Shown: positions 47,535 through 55,835 of the stretch, piece after piece
How the letters are laid out: each line of letters opens with the position of its first letter
Position numbering within the stretch: the first letter of the stretch is position 1
Virus record (IMG/VR): IMGVR_UViG_3300020419_000004
Direction: 5' to 3' (one strand)
Length of the DNA stretch: 64,000 bases
Source of the DNA: a virus
Notes under the pieces: generated by a model
What the model was told of the DNA's origin: nothing
Seen by the model: only the letters and a program-made list of their open reading frames with translations
Database searches by the model: none
Translations under genes and position numbers: made by a program

Positions 47535-49834
47535 GCAACGGAATTAAAGTCATCAAGAGAGATGGCACTGAGGAACAGATCAACCTAGAGAAAGTACATA
47601 GAATGGTTGAGTTTGCCTGTGATGGACTGGCAAATGTAGCAGCATCACAAGTAGAAATAAGTAGTGGTCTTCAGTTTTTCGATGGTATCAAGAGTTCCGA
47701 GATCCAAGAGATCTTAGTGAAGTCTGCATCAGATCTAATAGATTTAGATCACCCCAACTATCAGTACGTCGCTGCTAGACTGTTACTGTTTGGACTAGAG
47801 AAGTCTGTTCATGGACACCCAGACACAGCACCACCACTCAGTGAGCATATAGAAAAATGTATTAAGCAAGGTGTGTATGATCCTAATATCATCACAAAGT
47901 ATAGTGCAGATGAGTGGAAGGAAATAGATAGTTACATAGACTACGACCGTGACTTCCTCTTTACCTATGCAGGTCTAAGACAAGTCTTTGACAAGTACTT
48001 AGTTCAAGATAGAAGTACAGGAGAGAAGTACGAAACCCCACAGCAGATGTATATTATGATCGCTGCTGTATTATTTGCAAATTATCCACAAGAAAAGAGA
48101 CTCGATTATGTCAGAAGATACTACAACGCAATCTCAAAGCACAAGATCAACATCCCAACACCAGTCATGGCAGGAGTCAGAACCCCAATCAGGCAGTTTG
48201 CGTCTTGCGTTCTGGTTGATTGTGATGACACCTTGGATAGCATCTTCAGCAGCGATATGGCTATTGGTAAGTATGTTGCACAAAGGGCAGGTATCGGCAT
48301 CAACGCAGGTAGGATCCGTGGGATCAACTCTAAAATCAGGGGTGGAGAAGTGCAGCACACAGGTGTTGTCCCGTTTCTCAAAAAGTTTGAATCAACTGTC
48401 AGATGCTGCACACAAAATGGCGTGCGTGGTGGATCAGCAACTGTCCACTTCCCAATCTGGCACCAAGAAATAGAAGATATAATTGTTCTTAAGAACAACA
48501 AAGGAACCGAAGACAACAGAGTAAGGAAACTTGATTACAGTATACAGTTCTCTAAACTATTCTATGAGAGGTTCATTGCTAACAGAGACATCAGTCTCTT
48601 CTCACCACATGATGTACCAGGTTTATATGATGCCTTTGGTACTGATGCATTCGATGAAATGTATGTTCAGTATGAGAATGATCCTAATATACCTAAGGGT
48701 AAGGTCAATGCACAGGATTTAATCCTAGCAATACTTAAAGAGAGAGCAGAGACAGGTCGTGTCTACATCATGAACATAGACCACTGTAATGATCACTCAT
48801 CATTCAAAGACAAGGTGAACATGAGTAACCTATGTCAAGAGATAACTCTACCTACTGAACCTATAGATCATATAGATGACAGTAAAGGAGAGATAGCATT
48901 GTGTATTCTATCTGCTATCAACGTGGGTAAACTCACTAAGTTAGAAGACATGGAAGAACTTAGTGACCTTGTTGTACGTGGACTAGAAGAACTGATTGAC
49001 TACCAAGAGTATCCAGTTCGTGCTGCTGAAATCAGTACAAAGTCACGTAGATCATTAGGTGTAGGTTACATAGGACTAGCACACTACCTTGCTAAGAACA
49101 AAGTTAAGTATGATTCACCAGAAGCATGGAAGTTAGTACATGATTTGACTGAGCATTTCCAATACTATTTGTTAAAAGCATCTAACACCATAGCAAAAGA
49201 GAAGGGTGCATGTGAAGGTTTCTTTCACACCAAGTACTCTGACGGTATACTTCCGATAGATACTTATAAAAAGGATGTAGATGACATTACACCAAATGAC
49301 CTTTCACTTGATTGGGGAAATTTACGGGAGAACATACTCGCTTACGGGCTCAGACACAGCACACTGTCCGCACAGATGCCATCAGAAAGCAGTTCCGTTG
49401 TGTCAAATGCCACCAATGGAATCGAACCACCAAGAGATTATCTGTCCATTAAAAAGTCCAAGAAAGGACCTCTTAAGCAGATTGTTCCAGGCTATCCGTA
49501 TCTAAAGAACAACTACACGTTGTTGTGGGATATGCAAAGCAACGATGGATACATAAAAGTTACAGCAGTCATACAGAAGTTCTTTGATCAAGCAATCTCA
49601 GGCAACTGGAGTTACAATCCAGAGAACTATCCTAATGGTGAAGTGCCAACCTCTGTCATGGCAACTGACCTACTAACCACATACAAATATGGTTGGAAGA
49701 CTTCTTACTACCAGAATACATATGATGCTAAGAAAGATGGTGATGAGGTCATAGAAGAGAAGAAAAGTAAACTAGAAAGTTTACTAGCAGAAATGGAAAC
49801 AGCAGATGAAGACTGCGAATCATGTAAACTCTAA
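47531..49834 (+). CDS. nrdA: Ribonucleotide reductase class Ia alpha
   Basis: ATP cone VIKRDG, PTPVMAG, SNLCQEI, PSESSS, CESCKL. Confidence 0.98.
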   Translation: MSNGIKVIKRDGTEEQINLEKVHRMVEFACDGLANVAASQVEISSGLQFFDGIKSSEIQEILVKSASDLIDLDHPNYQYVAARLLLFGLEKSVHGHPDTAPPLSEHIEKCIKQGVYDPNIITKYSADEWKEIDSYIDYDRDFLFTYAGLRQVFDKYLVQDRSTGEKYETPQQMYIMIAAVLFANYPQEKRLDYVRRYYNAISKHKINIPTPVMAGVRTPIRQFASCVLVDCDDTLDSIFSSDMAIGKYVAQRAGIGINAGRIRGINSKIRGGEVQHTGVVPFLKKFESTVRCCTQNGVRGGSATVHFPIWHQEIEDIIVLKNNKGTEDNRVRKLDYSIQFSKLFYERFIANRDISLFSPHDVPGLYDAFGTDAFDEMYVQYENDPNIPKGKVNAQDLILAILKERAETGRVYIMNIDHCNDHSSFKDKVNMSNLCQEITLPTEPIDHIDDSKGEIALCILSAINVGKLTKLEDMEELSDLVVRGLEELIDYQEYPVRAAEISTKSRRSLGVGYIGLAHYLAKNKVKYDSPEAWKLVHDLTEHFQYYLLKASNTIAKEKGACEGFFHTKYSDGILPIDTYKKDVDDITPNDLSLDWGNLRENILAYGLRHSTLSAQMPSESSSVVSNATNGIEPPRDYLSIKKSKKGPLKQIVPGYPYLKNNYTLLWDMQSNDGYIKVTAVIQKFFDQAISGNWSYNPENYPNGEVPTSVMATDLLTTYKYGWKTSYYQNTYDAKKDGDEVIEEKKSKLESLLAEMETADEDCESCKL

Positions 49835-51027
49835 TGGAACAAACGTTAATGACAAATGACTGGAACGGATACTCTAACGAGAAAAAGTTTGATGGGGTAA
49901 CGGTATTTAATACCAACCCTGTTGACAGTAAGTCACAACCCATGTTCTTTGGACAACCTCTTGGTCTCCAAAGATATGATGAGTATAAGTATCCTGTATT
50001 CGATAAACTAACTACACAACAGTTAGGATATTTCTGGAGACCAGAGGAGGTATCACTCCAAAAGGACAGAGCAGATTATAAGTTACTGACACCAGAACAA
50101 AAGCACATATATACTTCAAATCTGAAATATCAGATCATGCTTGACAGTGTACAAGGTCGAGCACCTGGCATGGCATTCATGCCCTATTGTTCTCTTCCAG
50201 AATTGGAGGGAGCAATGAATGTATGGCAACTCATGGAGATGATTCATAGTAGATCATACACATACATAATTAAAAACGTATACCCTCATCCAAGTGAAGT
50301 GTTCGATACTATACTTGGTGATGAAAAGATACTCAGTCGTGCAAGCTCAGTAACTTCATCGTATAACGAACTTATAAATCATGCACACGAATACGATAGC
50401 GGTAACATCTGGAGGATGGCCGCTGAAGGACACCCATCAGGAGCATATGACAGGAAAGAACTCAAAAGGAAACTCTACCGAGCAGTCCTCAACGTCAATA
50501 TTCTTGAAGGCATTAGGTTCTATGTCTCCTTCGCTTGCTCGTTTGCGTTTGGTGAACTCAAAGTTATGGAAGGATCCGCTAAGATTATCTCTCTTATCGC
50601 CAGAGATGAAAGCCAACATCTTGTCCTTACTCAACAGATCATCAAAGCGTGGCAAAATGGTGACGATGAAGAAATGGTGGTCATCGCTGCAGAAGAAAAA
50701 TCCAACATCATAGACATGTTTAAGAACGCTGTTGAAGAAGAGAAGGCATGGGCATCATACCTCTTCAAAAACGGTAGTATGATAGGACTAAATGAAAAAT
50801 TATTATCACAGTACGTAGAGTTCACTGCTAACAGAAGACTACGTGCTCTTGGTTTCGATCCATTGTATGACATTGGTATTAGAAACAATCCTTTACCATG
50901 GACACAGTACTGGTTAAATAGTAAGGGACAGCAGAACGCACCACAAGAAACGGAGATCGAATCTTATGTCGTCGGAGGAATCAAACAAGATGTCACCAAA
51001 GAAACCTTCAAAGGATTTTCTCTTTGA
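49834..51027 (+). CDS. nrdB: Ribonucleotide reductase class Ia beta
   Basis: FWRPEEV, DSVQGR, EMIHSRSY, EGIRFY, RDESQH. Confidence 0.98.
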   Translation: MEQTLMTNDWNGYSNEKKFDGVTVFNTNPVDSKSQPMFFGQPLGLQRYDEYKYPVFDKLTTQQLGYFWRPEEVSLQKDRADYKLLTPEQKHIYTSNLKYQIMLDSVQGRAPGMAFMPYCSLPELEGAMNVWQLMEMIHSRSYTYIIKNVYPHPSEVFDTILGDEKILSRASSVTSSYNELINHAHEYDSGNIWRMAAEGHPSGAYDRKELKRKLYRAVLNVNILEGIRFYVSFACSFAFGELKVMEGSAKIISLIARDESQHLVLTQQIIKAWQNGDDEEMVVIAAEEKSNIIDMFKNAVEEEKAWASYLFKNGSMIGLNEKLLSQYVEFTANRRLRALGFDPLYDIGIRNNPLPWTQYWLNSKGQQNAPQETEIESYVVGGIKQDVTKETFKGFSL

Positions 51028-51118
51028 GAATCCTAGACCAGAGGAGGAGATAGCAGAGATGATGCAAGCAATCATTGATGCAGAAGACATTAACTATGAG
51101 GATATGGCAGGAGGATAA
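50990..51118 (+). CDS. 42-aa acidic small protein (not in ORF track)
   Basis: MSPKKPSKDFLFENPRPEEEIAEMM...; TAATG-coupled to 51118. Confidence 0.45.
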   Translation: MSPKKPSKDFLFENPRPEEEIAEMMQAIIDAEDINYEDMAGG

Positions 51119-51516
51119 TGCCTAAGATTAAATTTGAAAAGACTTTACTTGTAGGATCAGGTAAAATTGCATGGTATCAGAAGGCAGAGAGATGGGCTAA
51201 CAGACAACCCAATCAGTTTGTTAAGTATTTCTCTCTTGGTTTCATAGCATACTTGAAAAAGTGGTGGATTGATGTTAAGATAGAGAACACAATGCGTGAT
51301 GTAGACCGTCAGGCAATAGATATTTTAGACCAGTGGGAGAAAGATGACAAAGAACGATGGCCAGACATCATGGAGAAAGGAGTATTTGGAGATGAAAGCT
51401 GGTCTCTCGAAATTTCAAATCCAGTTGTTGAAAGAGGGTCCTCATCAACTAGCACAAGCATGGTTACTGGGAGCGATGCACAACGACTACAAGAAGATGA
51501 AGGGGATCAAGGATGA
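51118..51516 (+). CDS. Hypothetical protein
   Basis: 132 aa; 3' part overlaps the next ORF. Confidence 0.6.
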   Translation: MPKIKFEKTLLVGSGKIAWYQKAERWANRQPNQFVKYFSLGFIAYLKKWWIDVKIENTMRDVDRQAIDILDQWEKDDKERWPDIMEKGVFGDESWSLEISNPVVERGSSSTSTSMVTGSDAQRLQEDEGDQG

Positions 51517-51601
51517 ATACCCAGAAGAAAACACAGGACAACTACGGTCATCCCTACAAAACTGGGAAAAAAGTATCAAGAAATACAACAAACTTGACTA
51601 A
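51344..51601 (+). CDS. Conserved cyanophage hypothetical
   Basis: LLKEGPHQLAQAWLLGAM. Confidence 0.6.
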   Translation: MTKNDGQTSWRKEYLEMKAGLSKFQIQLLKEGPHQLAQAWLLGAMHNDYKKMKGIKDEYPEENTGQLRSSLQNWEKSIKKYNKLD

Positions 51602-51623
51602 ATAGATATGGGTATGCTAACAT
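51594..51623 (+). promoter_or_regulatory. Overlapping sigma70-like (TTGACT-18 nt-TAACAT) and late (TAAATA 51599) promoters
   Basis: Predicted sigma70 start falls at about 51630, the first base of the aptamer. Confidence 0.45.
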
Positions 51624-51630
51624 ACCTTTA

Positions 51631-51676
51631 CGTTCATCCCCAAAAGGGGGACGCAAGTAAGCCGACTCGGAACGGG
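51631..51676 (+). ncRNA. Glutamine-riboswitch-like aptamer 1 (Downstream-peptide/glnA class)
   Basis: P1 CGTTC/GAACG, P2 TCCCC/GGGGA, then CGCAAGTAAG and GAC. Confidence 0.75.
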
Positions 51677-51678
51677 TT

Positions 51679-51868
51679 CGTTCATCCTCATGTATAACAT
51701 TCTTTCCATGTTAATAGTACTCGGAGCACCACTTAATTGTGCAGATGCTAATGAGTTACTATCTTTAATTAGACCCTTTGATCCTCAAAGGTTGGAGATG
51801 GTAAAGGTGATTATTGCACATACTGATCCAGTATGTTTTGAGGACGCACAAGTTGACTGAAGGAACGG
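51679..51868 (+). ncRNA. Glutamine-riboswitch-like aptamer 2 with an ORF in its P2 loop
   Basis: CGTTCA-TCCTCA ... TGAGGA-CGCA...GAC...GGAACG. Confidence 0.65.
51690..51860 (+). CDS. 56-aa peptide nested in aptamer 2 (not in ORF track)
   Basis: MYNILSMLIVLGAPLNCADA...PVCFEDAQVD; hydrophobic N-terminus, two Cys. Confidence 0.7.
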   Translation: MYNILSMLIVLGAPLNCADANELLSLIRPFDPQRLEMVKVIIAHTDPVCFEDAQVD

Positions 51869-51903
51869 TCTAATCCACCTCATTCCAACAGGAGCAAAAG
51901 CAA

Positions 51904-52029
51904 ATGGCTAACGTCACATACCGTGGTGTCAAGTATGACACTAACAGAAGCAAGACTCAGCAATCAAACAAGGTCGATCTAGTTTACCGTGGTGTAAAAC
52001 TAAATAAAGATCTTACAGTTGCGAAGTAA
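51904..52029 (+). CDS. DUF4278-like 41-aa peptide
   Basis: Two YRGV repeats (VTYRGVKY, LVYRGVKL); AGGAG RBS. Confidence 0.8.
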   Translation: MANVTYRGVKYDTNRSKTQQSNKVDLVYRGVKLNKDLTVAK

Positions 52030-52115
52030 TGGAAGTACTATGGATCACTGCTGCTTCAGCAGTCTTCCTAACCATTATCTACGCTGAGACTTTAATCCTT
52101 TATAAGGATGCTTAA
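52029..52115 (+). CDS. 28-aa single-TM microprotein
   Basis: MEVLWITAASAVFLTIIYAETLILYKDA; TAATG coupling. Confidence 0.55.
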   Translation: MEVLWITAASAVFLTIIYAETLILYKDA

Positions 52116-52120
52116 ATCTC

Positions 52121-52154
52121 TCCCCGACTACATAATGTAATCGGGGATTTTTTT
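52121..52154 (+). terminator. Intrinsic terminator
   Basis: TCCCCGA...TCGGGGA followed by T7. Confidence 0.8.
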
Positions 52155-52307
52155 ATGCAAAGAAGTAGATTAAAGACGTTGATAACAGACCTAGAAGACC
52201 TTCTTACAGAACTGAAGGCAGAAGTTTACGCAGACAAGGACGCATATATTGACAGTGATGGTGCACAATGGTATAGTGGTGATGACGATGACGGATACGC
52301 AGATTGA
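52155..52307 (+). CDS. 50-aa acidic conserved hypothetical
   Basis: LKTLITDLEDLLTELKAEVYAD...DDDDGYAD. Confidence 0.65.
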   Translation: MQRSRLKTLITDLEDLLTELKAEVYADKDAYIDSDGAQWYSGDDDDGYAD

Positions 52308-53467
52308 AAGTTAGTATTGTTGGAGCAGGTAACGCAGGCATATTCACAGCACTCTATTACTCATGGTACGGTAGAAAGAAAGATCTTGAGGTAGAATTAA
52401 TACATGATCCAAACATACCACCCGAAGAGGTAGGACAAGCAACATTACTAGGTGCACCTGAGTTACTAGGTGCAGGATTTAACTACTACGATAATCATAT
52501 ACATGCTACCCCGAAGACAGGTATATTATATGAAGGTTTTGGTAAAGTAAATGAGAAATTTATACATGCTTTCCCTGCTAACACATTAGCAATGCACTAC
52601 TGTCCCTGTGAGGTGCAGAAGTTTGCATTAGAATCAGGTCGCTTTAATGTCGTAGAGAGTAATGTGGATAGTCCATATAATGTTGATGCTGATTATGTTT
52701 TTGATTGCAGAGGTACACCCAAAAATTTTACTGGATATACTAAACTTAAAAGTCCTATCAACTCTGCTCTCTTAGGTAAACCCAAGTGGGATAGTAAAGA
52801 GTTATGGAGTAGGCATGTTGCAACTCCTGATGGTTGGGCTTTTGTTATACCTATGGAGGAGAGTTCTCCATCACACAATGGTGCTGTTGGTTACCTATAC
52901 AATAATAAGATTACAAAAACAGAGGATGCTAAAAAAAATTTCGAGCAAATTTTTGACGTAGAGGTCAAACGACAGAAGACTTTTAAAAATTATATGCATA
53001 TGAATCCTATTGATGATAGGGTAATACTTCAGGGTAACAGACTATTCTTTTTAGAACCAATGGAGTCTACTGCAACAGAAACTTACTTGGAGTGGGCACG
53101 TCGTACGTTTCGTGTTATAATAGAAGGAGAACTCACCAAAGAGGATGCTGTCAAGGGGATGAAGAAGTATATAAAACAAATTCAGAACTTTATTCTATGG
53201 CATTATCAATTTGGATCTAAGTATGACACACCTTTCTGGGAACATGCTAAGAATATTCTCTTTCATGACCCTCTCTTTGATAAGTACCTTGATATGGCTA
53301 CATCATTAAAGTTAGAGCAGTGTGAAGAGGTAACTTACAGTGACTATAACAGTGGTGTTACTTGGAAGGGTGATGGGTATAGAGAAACAAGTCTTGCTTA
53401 TTCTGTATGGCCTCTGATGAGTTTTAAAAATTGGCATGAGGGCATGACCCTATATAAAGGAGAATGA
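52304..53467 (+). CDS. Tryptophan-halogenase-like FAD-dependent enzyme
   Basis: VGAGNAG, VGQAT, ATPKTGI, GWAFVIP, FLEPMEST. Confidence 0.85.
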   Translation: MKVSIVGAGNAGIFTALYYSWYGRKKDLEVELIHDPNIPPEEVGQATLLGAPELLGAGFNYYDNHIHATPKTGILYEGFGKVNEKFIHAFPANTLAMHYCPCEVQKFALESGRFNVVESNVDSPYNVDADYVFDCRGTPKNFTGYTKLKSPINSALLGKPKWDSKELWSRHVATPDGWAFVIPMEESSPSHNGAVGYLYNNKITKTEDAKKNFEQIFDVEVKRQKTFKNYMHMNPIDDRVILQGNRLFFLEPMESTATETYLEWARRTFRVIIEGELTKEDAVKGMKKYIKQIQNFILWHYQFGSKYDTPFWEHAKNILFHDPLFDKYLDMATSLKLEQCEEVTYSDYNSGVTWKGDGYRETSLAYSVWPLMSFKNWHEGMTLYKGE

Positions 53468-53477
53468 AAATTATGAA

Positions 53478-53900
53478 ATGGTTGAGGGAGGAGTTTACGA
53501 AAACGCCTGGTTATATGAGGGTAAACCTTTTACTTCTAACGACATTGGCGACTTCTTCGGTTTTGTCTACAGGATTACTAATCTCCAGACAGGTAAAAGA
53601 TACATCGGACGTAAATACTTCTACCAGTTCCGAAAGCCTAGAGGTAAGTCTAGGAAAGTTAAGTCTGAAAGTGACTGGCAAAAATACTATGGGAGTAGTG
53701 ATGAACTTACTACCGATAGAAAGTCTCTTGGAAACGAATGTTTCAAACGAGAGATCTTATCCCTACATAAGACAAAGGGATGGGTTAACTATACAGAAAC
53801 CAAACAACTCTTTCTAAACAATGTCTTAAGTGAAAAGGAGAACTACTACAACAGTAATATTCTCGGACGCTACATGAAAAAAGATTACTATAATGAATGA
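53478..53900 (+). CDS. GIY-YIG endonuclease (T4 endonuclease II-like)
   Basis: GFVYRITN...RYIGRK, WQKYYGSS, YYNSNI. Confidence 0.88.
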   Translation: MVEGGVYENAWLYEGKPFTSNDIGDFFGFVYRITNLQTGKRYIGRKYFYQFRKPRGKSRKVKSESDWQKYYGSSDELTTDRKSLGNECFKREILSLHKTKGWVNYTETKQLFLNNVLSEKENYYNSNILGRYMKKDYYNE

Positions 53901-54084
53901 CACACCTCCCAAGTTAAGAACACAATGCGATAATCTACTAGCGTGGATGCAAGATCGTAGTGATGAACTAGTACTCAACAAACAGTATGAGGATATGTTT
54001 GCATTGTATATGGAATGGCATGAGTGGATCGAAGAAGATAATCCAAGTCTCATGGTGATAGGTGAGTGGGATGAAGAGGAGTGA
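53893..54084 (+). CDS. Hypothetical protein
   Basis: 63 aa, overlaps both neighbours. Confidence 0.55.
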   Translation: MNDTPPKLRTQCDNLLAWMQDRSDELVLNKQYEDMFALYMEWHEWIEEDNPSLMVIGEWDEEE

Positions 54085-54562
54085 CGTAGAGTATCTTTAT
54101 GAATGGGCAACAGAAACAGATTTTCCCTTACGGAGAGCTCCAACTGCTGTTGGTTATTCTAACAAGGATATATATTTCTGCTGGTTGAAAGCACAGAACA
54201 AAAATGGTGGCGGGGTAAGACGTTCTGTTGTTAAAGACCAGAGAGTAATAGATATCCTAGATCAAGATGAAGTTATGATGGCAACAGTATCTTTATTTGA
54301 GTCTGGAACTAAACTAGGACCACATAAAGATCCTCCTGTATATGATAAAGCATACAGGAGAATACAAATCCCACTGTACATACCATGTAACAGATGTTGC
54401 TATATGATATGGGATCATAAAAAAGTTATTTGGAAAGAGGGACAACCTCAAGTATATGATGTGATGGATTACACCCATGAAGGATACAATCTATCTGATG
54501 ATGACATGATGTTTTTATTTGTAGACATAGAGAAACGAGATGACAACGGTAACTTGCACTAA
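54071..54562 (+). CDS. Aspartyl/asparaginyl beta-hydroxylase-like protein
   Basis: GTKLGPHKD, RIQIPL, WKEG, THEGYN, LFVD. Confidence 0.8.
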   Translation: MKRSDVEYLYEWATETDFPLRRAPTAVGYSNKDIYFCWLKAQNKNGGGVRRSVVKDQRVIDILDQDEVMMATVSLFESGTKLGPHKDPPVYDKAYRRIQIPLYIPCNRCCYMIWDHKKVIWKEGQPQVYDVMDYTHEGYNLSDDDMMFLFVDIEKRDDNGNLH

Positions 54563-54776
54563 ATGCAATAACACTATTAGATCTAAACATGAGCATGACT
54601 ATAGGATGTGTGGTTGCGACAACCAGACTTATGTTTGTGGTAAGACCTATGGTGGACAAGATATGAGTTATGTGGTAGCATTGACTGAACCACGAGAGGA
54701 AGCAGAGATCCCTAGAGTAGGGACAGAAGCACCGAAGAGAAGAAGAACTAGAATGATTGATGTAGATATTAGATGA
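54540..54776 (+). CDS. Small Zn-finger protein
   Basis: CTKC...H..D...CGC motif. Confidence 0.75.
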   Translation: MTTVTCTKCNNTIRSKHEHDYRMCGCDNQTYVCGKTYGGQDMSYVVALTEPREEAEIPRVGTEAPKRRRTRMIDVDIR

Positions 54777-55519
54777 ATGTAGTACAGTATCCACGATTTA
54801 TTACTTCATCATCCGTATACAGATTGACTAGAGAGGTGAAGATGTTTGATCCTCTACCTGGTAACTGTTGGATAGGACTGCATGACACTCCAGAGAATGC
54901 AATAGAGAAGTATGTCTTAGATTCATATGACATGTACTTCAAGGACACCTACCCAAATGTTACAGGATTTGAATGGTGGTTTCATTATATAAAGGATTGT
55001 GCTAAGATGATAGGGTTCCACTCTGACCATGATGAAATGGTTAGAAGAGAGCAAGAAGGAAAAATGAAATATCCTCTTCTCTCCACCGTCACTTATCTCA
55101 ACAATCACAATTCACCAACGATCGTTTGGGACACTTCGACTGGAGAGCGACAGAATGAGTATCGAAATATACCACCTACTGAGGTTGTGTTTTCAATTCC
55201 TGAGGAAGGGAGGGTACTCACCTTCAACCCAAGATATATACACGGAGTGCTACCGCATAGCGAAGGTAGAATAACACTCATGTATAATATATGGCACTAT
55301 AGACCTGAGGGTTTGAACCGTGTTGACAAAAGAACATGGGCAAGTGATATGTCATCTCACTTCTTTGTTAAAGGAGAGAGTAGAGAACCAACCAGTTGGT
55401 TGGGTGAGACAGTAGACACCAGTGTCAAACTGTTCGGTCCTAATTGGATGAGGCATGTGACATTCAAACATCCTAAAAATGCAAACAACCACGGAGATTT
55501 TTGGAGTTTAGTCCAATGA
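54773..55519 (+). CDS. 2OG-Fe(II) oxygenase-like protein
   Basis: FEWW, FHSDHDE, STVTYL, YIHGV, RITLMYN. Confidence 0.75.
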   Translation: MNVVQYPRFITSSSVYRLTREVKMFDPLPGNCWIGLHDTPENAIEKYVLDSYDMYFKDTYPNVTGFEWWFHYIKDCAKMIGFHSDHDEMVRREQEGKMKYPLLSTVTYLNNHNSPTIVWDTSTGERQNEYRNIPPTEVVFSIPEEGRVLTFNPRYIHGVLPHSEGRITLMYNIWHYRPEGLNRVDKRTWASDMSSHFFVKGESREPTSWLGETVDTSVKLFGPNWMRHVTFKHPKNANNHGDFWSLVQ

Positions 55520-55686
55520 TTGAAATTAAAGAAGAAGATCTTAAGAAAAAAGAAAATCACTACATAAAATTAGCAGAAGAAGGCGAACCGATACTGGTAA
55601 CTAAACCAGATGGTAACAAATATCTTATGGTACCTCAAAAACCAGACGATCTAAGCCACATGTGGGATCACGACGACGGAGCTTAA
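55516..55686 (+). CDS. Phd/YefM antitoxin-like small protein
   Basis: YIKLAEEGEPILVTKPDGNKYLMVP. Confidence 0.55.
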   Translation: MIEIKEEDLKKKENHYIKLAEEGEPILVTKPDGNKYLMVPQKPDDLSHMWDHDDGA

Positions 55687-55817
55687 TGTACACAATCTAC
55701 GAAACACACATCGAAATATTAGAAAAAGAAAATGAGAAGTTGGAACAGCAACTTCTATTCTATCAACAGTTATTAGAATACAAGACCCTAGGGCAACCGC
55801 AAGACGAAGATAAATAA
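55686..55817 (+). CDS. 43-aa coiled-coil small protein (not in ORF track)
   Basis: HIEILEKENEKLEQQL; TAATG coupling. Confidence 0.55.
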   Translation: MYTIYETHIEILEKENEKLEQQLLFYQQLLEYKTLGQPQDEDK

Positions 55818-55835
55818 TAAAAAAAGTATTGTGAC

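Noticed and set aside
28445-51027. Inteins or introns in gp43, gp41, nrdA or nrdB
   Set aside because: ORFs are continuous, of ordinary length, and show no splicing motifs
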